64,000 nt of DNA, taken from assembly GCA_038087875.1 (NCBI GenBank), contig JAXLNO010004139.1:1-64000 (forward strand), read 5' to 3'. Each line of letters begins with the position of its first letter. Within the stretch, counting starts at the first letter, position 1. This DNA comes from Malacoraja senta (Eukaryota). The notes beneath the pieces were generated by a model, which was given only the letters and a program-made list of their open reading frames with translations, had not been told where the DNA came from and did not search any database. The translations under genes and the position numbers were made by a program. Positions 49,501 through 63,725 of the stretch are shown piece by piece.

Positions 49501-52327
49501 CTTAATGCGACTTTCATAAACAGCCTTAGGGTGACGCACAAAGCTGTTTTAAATGCATGGTAAAAATATTCCAGGCTCATGCCTCCATTTAAAATCCCAA
49601 GGAACCCATTTTTTTATGGCTTTCCAACCTTCAACGCCTGGTCTATGCTCAGCCCTTGATCTAAATGATTCCTGAAACAGAGAACAGAGAAAGGTGCCGA
49701 AAAGTGCTGGAGTAACTTAGCGGGTGAGGCAGTATCTCTGGAGAACATGAATATGTGACCTCTCGGGACGGGACCCTTGTTGAGACTGGATTGAACCTGG
49801 GTCTCTGGAGGAGAACTTCTTTAAAGTAGGCTTATCCTGAAGAGATTTCTCCATGCAGCAAGAGAACATAGAACAGTACAACACAAGGACAGGTCCTACG
49901 ACCAACAATGTCTGTGCCGAACATGATACCGCGACCATCACTTATCTACCTGCTCATAACCCACATCTCTCCGTTCCCTGCATATCCATATGCCTATCCA
50001 AAAGTATTTTAAATGCCACTAACCTATCTACTTCAACCACCACCCCGGCAACATTTCAGACACTCACTGCCCTCTGTGTAAAATATCCTCCTTTATCTAC
50101 ATCTTCCTCTTACCACATTAAACATATCCATTTTGGTGGGACAGTGGCTCAGCTGGTAGAGCTGCTGCCTCAACACCAGAGGCCCGGGTTTGATCCTGAA
50201 CTCTGGTTCTGTCTGTATGGAGTTTGCACACTGTACTTGTGACCTTGTAGATTTCCTCCGGGTGCTCCAGTTTCCTCCCAAGTCCCAAAGACATGCGGGC
50301 TTGTAGGTAAATTGTCCTCTGTATATTTCCCCGAGTGTGTAAAAAGTATATAGGAAACTTGGAGCACATAGAACTAGCGTGAATGAGTGATTGATGGTCA
50401 GTGTGGACTCGGCAGGCCGAAGGGTCTGTAAACCAAACTGAATTTCAAACTGTCTGTAATGTTTTCCTTAGACTGTTCTGCCTTACTAAGCTCCTCACTT
50501 ATTTTCTCAACACCCACAATATTTTCTCTACACTTTCACTACCTTCCATAAACACTCTATCCTCATCTTAATACTTCCATCTTCCCACCAATGAAGTGTT
50601 CTGACACTTTTATATGTTAAAGGTGGTGCATCCACACGGTCACAGGGAGAACGTGCAAACTAAACACAAACAGCAGCCGAGGACTGGATTGAACCTGGGT
50701 CTCTGGCTCTGTGAGGCTGCAGCTCTACGTTTTCACCCTTACTTTCTGTTTACTTTTTGTATCCCTTCCCATCTTTTCATGATTCGTGTTTCTTTGCTAA
50801 ACTGTATATTTTTAACAATGATTAATTTTGTTTTCACATCTTATTATTCTAATTGAATGACTCAGAGGGTGCAACAAAGCTCGAGTGTGGCTTTATGTGA
50901 GCATAGCTCTCAACAATAAACTGTGTTTAACCAGTTGAAGTGTGATTGCATCTGCATAGAGGCACCGAAGATGGCAGATGATCAAATCAGATGAGTGGTA
51001 ATCAACAATTGATAGCCATGAAACAATTAATTCAGATTTTTATTTTGCTGACTATACATCAGCAGGTAGAAATAAAGAACTGCAGATGCTGGTCAATACA
51101 CAAAAGCGCACAAAGTGCTGGAGTAACTCAGCATTCAGGCAGCATCTCTGGAGACCACGGATAGATGACGTTTCAGGGAGAGATCTTTCTGCAGACGAGT
51201 TACTCCAGCACTTTGTGTCTTTCCATCTCATCAGCATGTTGGATTTAGATCAAAAACTATAAAGGAGAAAGATACATATGTATTTTTAATGATCATTTGG
51301 GTGAAGGAGCAAGGGTATCTCACAGAATATCTAGAAAGTATGATAAATCAAAAAGTTGTCCTGAGGTCATAGTGATAGGAACAGAATTAGGCCATTCAGC
51401 CCCTCAAGTCTACTCTGCCATTCAATCATGGCTGATCTATCTCTCCCTCCTAACCCCATTCACCTGCCTTCCCCCCATAACCCCTGACACCGTACTAATC
51501 AAGAATCTACCTATCTCTACCTTAAAAAATAATCATTGACTTGGTCTCCACAGCTATCTGTGGCAAAGAATTCCCCAGATTCACCACCATTTAACTAAAG
51601 AGATGCCTTCTCGTCTCCTTCCTGAAGGAACAACCTTTAATTCTGAGGCTATGACCTCTGGTCCTGGACTCTCCCACTAGTGGAAACATTCGCTCCACAT
51701 CCACTCTATCTAAGCCTTTCACTATTCGTTACATTTCAATTAATCCCCCCTCATTCTTCTAAACATTCTTCGAACTTCTTCATGACAGTTTAAAATTTAT
51801 TTACCATATTGACTGTGTTTTATTGAAGAAATTTAAACAGGTTGTGTTACTTTAACTTGTCAGTAGCTATCAACAACTCCTTCCTTATTCATATTCTATT
51901 TATGAAACTCAAAACAATTTGAAAATAATATTTTTATAAACTAAAAACTCAGATGAATGTGGTTCATGATTTGATGTGAATTATTTCCTTAAATCATTGA
52001 AGTCACAACAACAGACTTACGACGAATCAGATTTTCAGTCTCACATAGGCCAATTACACAGCCCCACTTAAATAAACATTTGGTTATTATGGAAATGTTC
52101 ATATGATTACTAAGACTAATGAGCAATTAACAGAAACAGCTCATACTGCCCACATCTACTTTTGTCAGGATTAGGGTAGAACACTTCAATTAAGCAGTGG
52201 ATGACCAGGTCAGTTACTGCCCCCAATAAAAATGCAAATAAGCTAAATAAGCAATGCCTTAATTACAAGTGGCCAATGCTCATACCCAGTGTGCTAACAA
52301 TCATTCTTTTGGCCTCTACAATTGACG

Positions 52328-52458
52328 AGTGTAGCTGGGACAGGCTAGTGTAGCTGGGACAGGCTAGTGTAGCTGGGACAGGCTAGTGTAGCTGGGGCAT
52401 GCTAGTGTAGCTGGGACATGCTAGTGTAGCTGGGACAGACTAGTGTAGCTGGCACATG
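52328..52458. repeat. 19-bp minisatellite (~7 copies) expanded from a CR1 3' UTR
   Basis: AGTGTAGCTGGGACAGGCT units run into the CR1 tail GCAAGTTGGGCC...GGCCTG. Confidence 0.9.
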
Positions 52459-54071
52459 TGAGCAAGTTGGGCCAAAAGGCCTGGTTCCACACTCTGTGAC
52501 TGACATTAGTCCCAGAGATTGTTCAAAGCTATGGAGCACTCATTTCTCATATTATACTTAAAACATTTACAGCAACTTAGACCATCTCAAAGTTTCAAAA
52601 ATACTGGCCCTCTCCAGAGTGGTCCCAGCATCACTTACTATTAAAATGGCACGTCATCCATTATCCAGTCGTAATGGATTGTAGAACTTAATTTGCTTGT
52701 TACAGAATGTGATAGATTTGGCAATTTCCTAGTAATTGTACTGGTTGAATTTTTGTTCACAATTAATTAAGAAACCCATTTGTGAATTTCATGGGTGAGA
52801 GGGAGAGTTATCTAGCTCTTTTATGGACCATGACAAACACTGCTGACAAGGCTTAAGGTGGATCTAAAGTTGAGCCTGATCCTTTTTTACGCTATTGGGT
52901 TGAATTGTTGGCACTCCACCACCGTCAGTGATTCCATTTGAAGGCGATGGAGTGCCGGGTCCTATCTGGAGAAGCCTGAAGGTAGGTCCTGTGTGCAAAG
53001 ACATGATTGCAAAAGGTGAAGTGACAGTAGTAGACGTAATGGAGAGTGGAGGTGACTGCACATCTCTGGCTGGCTCACCAAAACATTCTTTGTAATATTT
53101 TTAGAATTTAAACTACAGTTTGTTGGTGACTTTTGTTATAACATTTTGTTGGAACAATGCCAGGTCTCGCTCTAACTCCACTCACGCTACAGTGACTTCA
53201 CTCTTCCCCCCACCCCACACCCCACAAACCCACATTAATTTCCTAGCTTCACACTTCGCAACTCTTCAATGCTTTTGTCTCGCATCTGTGGTTTTAATGT
53301 CTGCCCTTTGTTATTACCATCTGCCTATCAACCCCCACCCCACCCACATTCACCTCTCAACTTTCTCCCTCTCCCCATTCCCCCTATGTACCTTTCAAAA
53401 TGCCTTTTAAATGTTGTTATAATACCTGCTTCAAATACCCCTCTGCCAGCTCGTTCCATATTCCCACCACCCTCTGTGTGCAAAAGTTGCCCCTTGGGTA
53501 TCTTTCCCCTCTCACCTTAAACTTATGTCCTCTGATTCTTAATTTCCTTACTCTGGGTAAAAGAAAATCAGTTATCTAGAATTTCTGGTCAAGGTAACTG
53601 CGAGGCTCATTGGACTTGTTCTTATTTATCTTTAATCATGCAGCAACTTTAGATGACAGCAAATGTGAATAATTAGATTTGCTGTCACAACTGCACGACT
53701 AACCTTGTGAAAATGATCTCCTTGTGTTGCAGGTCACAATGAAATACCTTGAATGGTGTGAGGGTGTTGTGCTTGTAGAGCTGCTATAAATCAGACATGT
53801 CGCAGTAATTTAAGGGTTGTCCATTTCAGTTTAAACGCCCTTATTAGAGGCACGATAATTATTTACTGCGGGAGAACAGCCTCTCTGACTGAAAATTAAC
53901 AATTATAAATGTGGAGATTCAGGCCTTGGGTTTTCATTATATCTGGAGACTTCTAATGAAATTTTTTAATTCAATTTTATTGATACTTTTCCTTTCAATA
54001 TGTTCTTCCCTTTATTTCTATGTTTTAGTTTAGTTTATTGTCACATGTACCAAGGTACAGTGAAAAGCTTG

Positions 54072-54760
54072 GTGTGTAGGAAGGAACTGCAGATGCTGGT
54101 TTAAAACGTAGATTGACACAAAATGCAGGAGTATCAGCGGGACAGGCAGCATCTCTGGAGAGAGGAATTGATGACATTTCAGGGCGAGACCTTTCTTCAG
54201 ACTGAGAGTCGGGGGAGAGGGAGACACAGAGATAAAGAATATTTGGTGTGAAATCGAGACGTCAAAGCAGACAAAGATCAAGGAAAATGTAGTATAGATC
54301 ATTGTTAGCTGGGGGAGGTGACAACGAAGCATACAAAGATGAAACATTTTTAATCAAGGGGACCGTCAGACTGGTCTGAAAACTGGGATAGGAGAGGGAT
54401 GGAGAGAGAGAGGAAAAGCAAGGGTTAAATAGAAGTTAGAGCAGTTGATATTCATACCGCTGGGTTGTAAACTGCCCAAGAGAAATATGAGGTGCTGTTC
54501 CTCCAATTTGGGTTGGGCCTCACTCTGACAATGGAGGAGGCCCAGGACAGTGTGGAACACACCTGGAACAGCAGATGCAATAGATGAGGTTGGAGGAGGT
54601 GCAAGTGAACCTCACCTGAAAGGACTGTCAGGGTCCTTGGGCCGAGTCAATGGAGGAGGTATAGGGACAGGTGTTGCATCATCCTCTGGTTGCAGGGAAA
54701 TGTACCTGAGGAGGGGGGGGGTGGTTTAGGTGGGAAGGGATGAGTAAACCAGGGAGTTAC
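54072..54760 (-). mobile_element. Penelope-like element 3' part (Cys-rich linker + GIY-YIG remnant + 3' UTR + terminal repeat)
   Basis: The minus strand gives GTFPCN...CNTCPY, FTCTSSNLIYCICCSRC and KLEEQHLIFLLGSLQPSGMNI. Confidence 0.85.
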
Positions 54761-55706
54761 AGTTGCCTGATAACAGCTGGGATGAAACTGACCACGAGTC
54801 AGCACGAATGCTTTGCACTCCCATTCAGCATTTTTGTTTATTTACCAGATTGAACATGGTATTCAGTAAGTAATTGATACTTCCTTGTTCAGCCTTTGAG
54901 CTGTTCATGTCACAATCCTTCCATCTGATTGCTGGGAAGATGCACTGTTGCTTCCTCTAATATCATGGATGGTCTGCAGAGAACATAAACTCTTTCCACA
55001 CCACATTTTCAGACACTGAGACTTCAAAAGGTCAAACATAAGTCCTGAGTCAGAAATGGACAAGTATCTGATTGATTTCACTAAAAGTTTTTAATGGTGA
55101 ATGTTTCTGTTTTTAAGACAATCCTGTAGAATCATAATCCATCATTACTAATATTGGCACCTTTGGTCAAATTTGTTTTACTGGATTTAAACTTTCCATT
55201 TTCCATGGTGGGATTAGAACTTGTGTCATCCAATTTGCAGTATATTAATTGCCTGCACGGTAGCTTAATGAATGTATTTCCATGCACAATCTCCCAGAGA
55301 AGGATATCATGACAATTCAGCTGTCGTTTATCTACCAATTTGAAATCAAATATAGGATATCAATCAAATAAAATTGTGCACATTTTGACACATTTGTTGT
55401 GTTACTGAGGCACAAATACCACTGGAGGAAAAAATTGAGGGTGTGAGATCTGAAAACATGGCCTTCAATCAATTGCTAAATCTCTCTCTCTGTTCCAGAA
55501 ACGTTAAGAAAGTTCCCTTCTTTCCCCATCCTATCCGCTTAGTCCTGGCTGACCTTGCACCTATCTGTCCCCCCCCCCTCCCCCCTACATTCATAAACAA
55601 TTTGCACCTCCTCAATCCTCCATCTACAACATTTGCAACTGACTAATCCTTTGCTCTCACACCTTGTATGTGTTCATCTCTGGCCTTTGTCCAACCATGT
55701 TCCAAT

Positions 55707-56089
55707 CAAAGATCCTATAGATAGACAACTCCTTCTAAATGCAATGGGCTGACATGTAGTACGCAACGGAGCGGAACGTCGGCCTTTTTTTCATCCATTT
55801 CAGTAACCCGACCCGACCCGACTCGCAGTGTAATCAACGTTGCGGGGGAACAGTTTGTGTTAATAAATTATAATTCTGAAAATGAGGAGAAGATTTTTAC
55901 CAAATAACTTTTATTTTTATGAGGATGTTTCCGTAACCGGCTTCCGTCTCCGCACTAGTATCTTTGCTCCGCTATGGGATCTTTGATGCGGAGACGGAAG
56001 CCGGTTACGGAAATGGGGCCGAAAATTACCCATGACCGTACTACGTTTTTTCCGTCGAATGATCTATCTTGCTTGCTATAGGATCTTTG
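55707..56089. mobile_element. 383-bp MITE with 14-bp TIR and 8-bp TSD (P-like; hAT not excluded)
   Basis: CAAAGATCCTATAG / CTATAGGATCTTTG, with GTTCCAAT at 55699-706 and 56090-97. Confidence 0.9.
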
Positions 56090-56666
56090 GTTCCAATCAA
56101 ACACCCCCCACCCCCCTCACCAATGTTCACCTTTGACCTGCCATGTTTTGTCCTGCCTCTCCATTCTTTCTATGATCTGCCATGCTTTGCCCTAAATGTC
56201 ATGAGACTGCAGATGCTAGAATTTTTTTTAGAGTTACAGCATAGAATTAGGCCCTCTGGCCCACTGAATCCATACCGACCACTAATCATCTTAACTAAGA
56301 CCAAAGTGCTGGAGGAACTCGGTCTGCAGACAGGTCCCTGACTCAAAATGTCATCTGTCCATTCCCCCCAACGATGCTGTCTGAACTGTTGAGTTCATCC
56401 AGCAATTTCTTTGCTCAAGATGCCAGCATCTGCAGTTTCTTGTGTCGCCACAAGATTATCTTCTTGGAGAAACATCCACTTGCCACTTATCAGCCCAAGT
56501 CTGAAAGTTGTATTGGTCTTGCTGCATGCCAATGTGGACTGCTTCATTTTCGGGTGAATTGTGAATGGAATTCTAACGTGAAAGTAATGTGGAAGGATGA
56601 CTATTAATGAAGCAGCTATGAAAGATACGGTCTTGGACATTGCCCTGCGGAGCTTCTTTAGGGATA

Positions 56667-58530
56667 TCAATAGACAATAGGCAATAGGTGCAGGAGTAGG
56701 CCATTCGGCCCTTCGAGCCAGCACCGCCATTTAATGTGATCATGGCTGATCTTCCCCAATCAGTGCCCCGTTCCTGCCTTCTCCCCATATCCCCCGACTC
56801 TGCTATCTTTAAGAGCCCAATCCAGCTCTCTTGAAAGTATCCAGAGAATCGGCCTCCACCACCCTCTGAGGCAGTGAATTCCACAGACTCACAGCTCTGT
56901 GAGAAAAAGTGTTTCATTGTCTCCATTCTAAATGGCTTACCCATTATTCTGAAACTGTGGCCCCTGGTTCTGGACTCCCCCAGCATCGGGAACATGTTTC
57001 CTGCCTCTAACGTGTCCAAACCCTTAATAATCTTATATGTTTCAATAAGATTCCCTCTCATCCTTCTAAACTCCATAGTATACAAGCCCTACCACTCCAT
57101 TCTCTCATCATATGACAGTCCCGCCATCCCGGGAATTAAACTTGTAAACCTACGCTGCATTCCCTCAATAGCAAGAATGTCCTTCCTCAAATTAGTGGAC
57201 CAAAACTGCACACAATACTCCAGGTGTGGTCTCACTAGGGCCCTATACAACTGCAGAAGGACCTCTTTGCTCCTATACTCAACTCCTCTTGTTATAAAAG
57301 CCAACATGCCATTCACTTTCTTCACTGCCTGCTGTACCTGCATGCTTACTTTCATTGACTGATGAACAAAGACCCCCAGATCCTGTTGTACTTCCCTTTT
57401 TCCCAACTTGACACAATTTAGATAGTAATCTGCCTTCCTGTTTTTGCTACCAAATTGGATAACCTCACATTTATCCACATTAAATTGCATCTGCCATGCA
57501 TCTGCCCACTCACCCAACCTGTCCAAGTCACCCTGCATTCTCATAGCATCCTCCTCTCAGTTCACACTGCCACCCAGCTTTGTGTCATCTGCAAATTTGC
57601 TCATGTTACTTTGAATCCCTTCATCTAAATCATTAATATATATTGTAAATAGCTGCGGTCCCAGCACCGAGCCTTGCGGAACCCCACTAGTCACTGCCTG
57701 CCATTCTGAAAGGGACCCATTAATCCCTTCTCTTTGTTTCCTGTCTGCCAACCAATTTTATATCCATGTTAGCACTCTACCCCCAATATCATGTGCCCTA
57801 ATTTTGCCCACTAATCTCCTATGTGGGACCTTATCAAATGCTTTCTGAAAGTCCAGGTACACTACATCCACTGGTTCTCCCTTGTCCATTTTCATAGTTA
57901 CATCCTCAAAAAATTCCAGAAGATTAGTCAAGCATGATTTCCCCTTCGTAAATCCATGCTGACTCGGACCGATCCTGTTACTGCTAACCAAATGTACGGC
58001 TATTTCAACTTTTATAATTAACTCCAGCATCTTCCCCACCACCGATGTCAGGCTAACTGGTCTATAATTCCCTGTTTTCTCTCTCCCGCCTTTCTTAAAA
58101 AGTGGGATCACATTAGCTACCCTCCAATCCACAGGAACTGATCCTGAATCAAAAGAACATTGGAAAATTATCACCAATGCATCCACGATTTCTAGAGCCT
58201 TAAGTACCCTGGGATGCAGACCATCAGGCCCTGGGGATTTATCAGCCATGTCCCATCAGTCTACCCAACACCATTTCCTGCCTAATGTGGATTTCCTTCA
58301 GTTCCTCCATCACCCAGATCCTCTGGCCACGAGTATATCAGGAAGATTGTTTGTGTCCTCCTCAGTGAAGACGGATCCAAAGTACCTGTTCAACTCATCT
58401 GCCATTTCTTTGTTCCCCATAATAAATTCACCTTTTTCAGTCTTCAAGGGTTCAACTTTGGTCTTAACTAATTTTTTCCTCTTCACATACCTAAATAAGC
58501 TTTTACTATCCTCCTTTATATTCTTACTAT
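56667..58530 (-). mobile_element. 5'-truncated CR1 LINE, frameshifted
   Basis: Successive ORFs with KSPGPDG, YLDFQKAFD, QGSVLGP, FADD and HLEYCVQFW; (CTATTG) tail. Confidence 0.95.
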
Positions 58531-60429
58531 CCTCCTTTATATCCTGGGATAGTCAATCTCCAACAATTGCTTGCCTTGTGTAAGGTATGACTGACTATTG
58601 ATTCTCCATTGATGCCCATTGACTTCAGTTTTCTTTGTATCCTTGAAGCCACATTTGGTCAAATATTAACTTGATGTCAAGGACACTTGGACCGATATAT
58701 GGATAGGAAAGGTTAGCCATACGCTGGCTCATGGGACTAACTTATATGGGGCATCTTGGTTTGGCATGGACGAGTTAGGCAAAGGGCCTGTTTCTGTGGT
58801 GAATGATGACACTATGACAGTTAAGTACATCTTGTCTCTTAAGTTCAGGTCTGAACCAGGGACTGCGCTGAATGATTCTGGTGAAGCCATTAAACCACAT
58901 TAAAGCAGACAATAATTATGCTGATGTGGACTTTGTGAAACGTGAAAAGTGCTCCAGAGCTGAGATTTGCCATTCTGAGCCATTCAAAAACTTCAGGAGG
59001 TGTCAGTTAAGGTCATGTTCTTGATTGCAACCAACCGAAGTTTCACCATGGTTAGAAGATTCCTGAAACCCTTGCTATTGTAATGGAATTAAACTCTGCC
59101 ACACAGGTCCACTGCATCAATTCCCAAATTTCTAGTCTCCTCCTGTTTGATATTCCTCTGTATTGACAAAACACCAAACTGGATAGTTCCCTTTAATCCC
59201 TGTGATATCAGTGAAGCTTGATGAGAATCTACCACTTACAGTAAACACAATTTAAATTGGAAAGCACCATCTGTATCTGCCGCTCCTCGGAGAAATAATA
59301 GAAACAGATGGAAATTCCCATGAAAAAAGGAAACATTGTCACACTAAAAGATCAGTGAAGCATTGGGGAAAAAATACAAAACACGATAAATTTGGAATTG
59401 CATTTACCTCACTGGAGACCCACAGACAATCTTCAATCGGACTTTACTGGGCTTTATTTTGCACTAAACGTTATTCCTTTCATCATATATATATCGATTG
59501 TAATCATGTATCGTCTTTCCACTGATTGGTTAGCACGCAGCAAAAAGCTTTTCACTGTACCTCGGTATACATGACAATAAACGAATTAACTAATAAACAT
59601 CAAAATTAGCAAAATATAAGATGGAGCATTTGAGAGGATTTTGAATGTCTACTTTCCAAAGAGCAAAGTACAGATGAAACTTTTTAAGCTGAGGCACCTT
59701 AAATAGCATTTACTTTGGGGAATGGAAACTTTAGCAAATTATTAGGCTGTCAGCAGATGATTTCATAAATAGCAGTAAGAAGTGGAAGAGCAATTTAGAG
59801 TCTTTCTGCGCTGACAGAAGGAGTTAAGAATTGAAACTGTTCATTTAATTGCAGGTGACATAGCCAAGTAGCAGGCAGTGGCAGAAATTCAGCAGGGATT
59901 TGCCAAACTGGAAAGATAAAAGGAGATTAAGATGCCTGCTGGGATGACAAACAGCAGATGTGTAAGAAATTGACAGATTAGCGAAAAGTATATGGCGTGA
60001 GTGGATGATTAATTAAATTGAAAACAAGAGCGAGAAACTAATTAAAGAAAAAGATGGACAAGCAAACAATAAAAACAATGATAGCTCTGATATTTGATAA
60101 GGCAGATAAAAGTGATAATATTTATTCATCCAGATGGTTCAAAAGGCAGCTTCCCACCCTGCTCTCAATTGTTAACCTGGAAAAGTGCTTCAGTTGCCCT
60201 TTGCTGTTTTAGGTAATTTTATTATTTTGGTTTTCAGTTTACATTTGAATCTAAAGAATTTGCAATGAAGCTGCAGTTGTCAGAAAAGCGGCTTAGATAC
60301 TAGAATAAGAGATCCTACCAAGGTTTCCATTGGTTGATGCTGGATCCATCCCAGCCAACAAGGCGATTAGACGAGTGGTTTCCATTCAGACAGAATACAA
60401 ACAGGAATGTGAAAACAATTCACAATGTT

Positions 60430-61050
60430 ACAAGCACAGAAGAAATGCCATTTTTCTCTGCTTCTTTGGAAGGCATAGGAAGTTCTACATATCCCCAACA
60501 ACTCTCACCAACTTCTACAGATCAGTCGTAGAAAGCATTTTATCAGGATGCATCACAGCATGATTTGGGAACAGCTCCATCCAAGACCCCAAGAAATGAC
60601 AGAGAATTGTGGACACAGCCCAGGTCATCCCACAAACCAATCTCTCTTTCATTTACTCCATTTACACTTCACGCTGCCTTGGCTAGGCCACCTGTATAAT
60701 CAAGGACAAGTCCCCCTTTTCTCCCCACTCCCATCAGGCACAAGGTACAGAAGTGTGAAACGCACACCTCCAGATTCAGGGACAGTTTCTTCCCAACTCT
60801 TATTAGGCAACTGAACCATCCTATCGACAACAAGAGAGTGTCCTGAGCTACTATCTACTTCACTGAAGCTCCCCTGACTATCTTTAATTGGACTACTGGA
60901 CTTTATCTTGCACTAAACATTATTCCCTTAATCATGTATCTGTACACTATAGATGATTCAACTGTAATCATGTATAATCTTTCCACTGACTGGTTAGCAC
61001 ACAACAAATACTTTTCACTGTACCTCGTGACAATAAGCTAAACCAACTAA
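60430..61050 (+). mobile_element. Rex/Babar 3' fragment (a short tail is also at ~59400-59590)
   Basis: LTNFYRSVVESILSGCITA and LPSGTRYRS motifs; tail CACTGTACCTCG...GACAATAA. Confidence 0.85.
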
Positions 61051-61384
61051 GTTTACTTAGGCATGATGAGCTGCCTTGGAAATAGGACAGATGGTTCTGT
61101 CAACTAATAATGAGAGCTCATCTGCTTAAATAGTGCCGCACAGACTTCTATTCCACAGGGTGAGTTGGATGATGGAATGTTTTATAGTAGTAAAGATATT
61201 AATTGTCATATAGATATTAACAACAGTGAAATGTGAGTAAATAATCACATTCTTTCCTCCGAATGCAGCTGTTTAAGTTCTAAAATATATATTTTTTAAA
61301 CTACAAAAAGACTGCCATGTATTCCTTTAGAAATGTATTTACTTTTTATAACTTGCTATTTTAAAGCTGCATGCTCAAGGCAAG

Positions 61385-63725
61385 ACACGTTCACTCGGTC
61401 TGCCTTGGCCTCCACGATCTCCTGGTTGCCAAACACTAACTCCCATTCCCATACTAACCTTTCTGTGCTGGGCCTCCTCCATTGTCAGAGTGAGACCATA
61501 CGGAAATTGGATGAACAGCACCTCATATTTCGCTTGGGCAGCTTACAATCCAGTGGTATGAATATTGATTTCTCTAATTCCAAGTAACCCTTGCATTCCC
61601 CTTCTCTCTCCCATCATAGTCATCCTGCCAGTTTCACTGTCCTCCTGCTTTGTTTCACTGTTTGTATCCACAGGTTATCATCTTTTCCACAGCCAACAAT
61701 GGACCATTGTGGGCTCCATCTTTCCTTGATCATTGTTGCTGGCTTTGATTTGTCCTTTTCATACCTTTCTTTCATTTCTACTTTGTATCTTTTCATGCCG
61801 GGGACTGGGGGTCAAATGAGATGGAGGAACTGAGTGAAATCCAGGAGAGCCGGGAAGTGGTGTTAGGTAAATTGAATGGATTAAAGGCCGATAAATTCCC
61901 AGGGCCAGATAGGCTGCATCCCAGAGTATTTAAGGAAGTAGCCCCAGAAATAGTGGATGCATTAGTGATAATTTTTCAAAACTCTTTAGATTCTGGAGTA
62001 GTTCCTGAGGATTGGAGGGTAGCAAACGTAACCCCACTTTTTAAAAAGGAAGGGAGAGAGAAAACGGGGAATTACAGACCAGTTAGTCTAACATCGGTAG
62101 TGGGGAAACTGCTAGAGTCAGTTATTAAAGATGGGATAGCAGCACATTTGGAAAGTGGTGAAATCATTGGACAAAGTCAGCATGGATTTACGAAAGGTAA
62201 ATCATGTCTGACGAATCTTATAGAATTTTTTGAGGATGTAACTAGTAGAGTGGATAGGGGAGAACCAGTGGATGTGTTGTATCTGGACTTTCAGAAGGCT
62301 TTCAACAAGGTCCCACATAAGAGATTAGTATACAAACTTAAAGCACACGGTATTGGGGGTTCAGTATTGATGTGGATAGAGAACTGGCTGGCAAACAGGA
62401 AGCAAAGAGTAGGAGTAAACGGGTCCTTTTCACAATGGCAGGCAGTGACTAGTGGGGTACCGCAAGGCTCAGTGCTGGGACCCCAGCTATTTACAATTTA
62501 TATTCATGAACTGGATGAGGGAATTGAAGGCAACATCTCCAAGTTTGCGGATGACACTAAGCTGGGAGGCAGTGTTAGCCGTGAGGAGGATGCTAGGAGA
62601 CTGCAAGGTGACTTGGATAGGCTGGGTGAGTGGGCAAATGTTTGGCAGATGCAGTATAATGTGGATACATGTGAGGTTAACCACTTTGGTGGCAAAAACA
62701 GGAAAGCAGACTATTATCTAAATGGTGGCCGATTAGGAAAAGGGGAGATGCAGCGAGACCTGGGTGTCATGGTACACCAGTCATTGAAAGTAGGCATGCA
62801 GGTGCAGCAGGCAGTGAAGAAAGCGAATGATATGTTAGCTTTAATAGCAAAAGGATTTGAGTATAGGAGCAGGGAGGTTCTACTGCAGTTGTACAGGGTC
62901 TTGGTGAGACCACACCTGGAGTATTGCGTACAGTTTTTGTCTCCAAATCTGAGGAAGGACATTATAGCCATAGAGGGAGTGCAGAGAAGGTTCACCAGAC
63001 TGATTCCTGGGATGTCAGGACTTTCATATGAAGAAAGACTGGATAGACTTGGTTTATACTCGCTAGAATTTAGGAGATTGAGAGGGGATCTTATAGAAAC
63101 GTACAAAATTCTTATGGGGTTGGACAGGCTAGATGCAGGAAGATTGTTCCCGATGTTGGGGAAGTCCAGGACAAGGGGTCACAGCTTAAGGATAAGGGGG
63201 AAATCCTTTAAGACCGAGATGAGAAAAAACTTTTTCACACGAGAGTGGTGAATCTCTGAAACTCTCTGCCACAGAGGGTAGTTGAGGCCAGTTCATTGGC
63301 TATATTTAAGAGGGAGTTAGATGTGGCCCTTGTGGCTAAAGGGATTTAAGGGTATGGAGAGAAGGCAGGTACGGGATACTGAGTTGGATGATCAGCCATG
63401 ATCATGTTGAATGGCGGTGCAGGCTCAAAGGGCCGAATGGTCTACTCCTGCACCTATTTTCTATGTATCTATGTATCTATGTATCAGCCATGATCATATT
63501 GAATGGCAGTGCAGGCTCGAAGGGCTGAATGGCCTACTCCTGCACCTATTTTCTATGTTTCTATGCCTTCAGTTTCCCTCTCCCCTGACTCACAATCAGC
63601 GTTTCTGGTATCAACCCGAAACGTCACCCATTCCTTCTCTCCAGAGATGCTGTCTGACCCGCTGATTTACTCCAGCATTTTAGTTCTATCTTCAGTGTAA
63701 ACCAACATCTGCAGTCCCTTTCCAC
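61385..63725 (+). mobile_element. Penelope-like 3' remnant interrupted by CR1 (61796-63565)
   Basis: HSHTNLSVLGLLHCQSE..RKLDEQHLIFRLGSLQSSGMNIDF. The terminal repeat resumes at 63566-63725. Confidence 0.82.
61796..63482 (+). mobile_element. Young 5'-truncated CR1; RT ORF 61821-63251 open until a frameshift near 63240
   Basis: 476-aa RT ORF with FADD and a (CTATGTAT)n tail; near-identical to the copy at 29514-31044. Confidence 0.95.
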
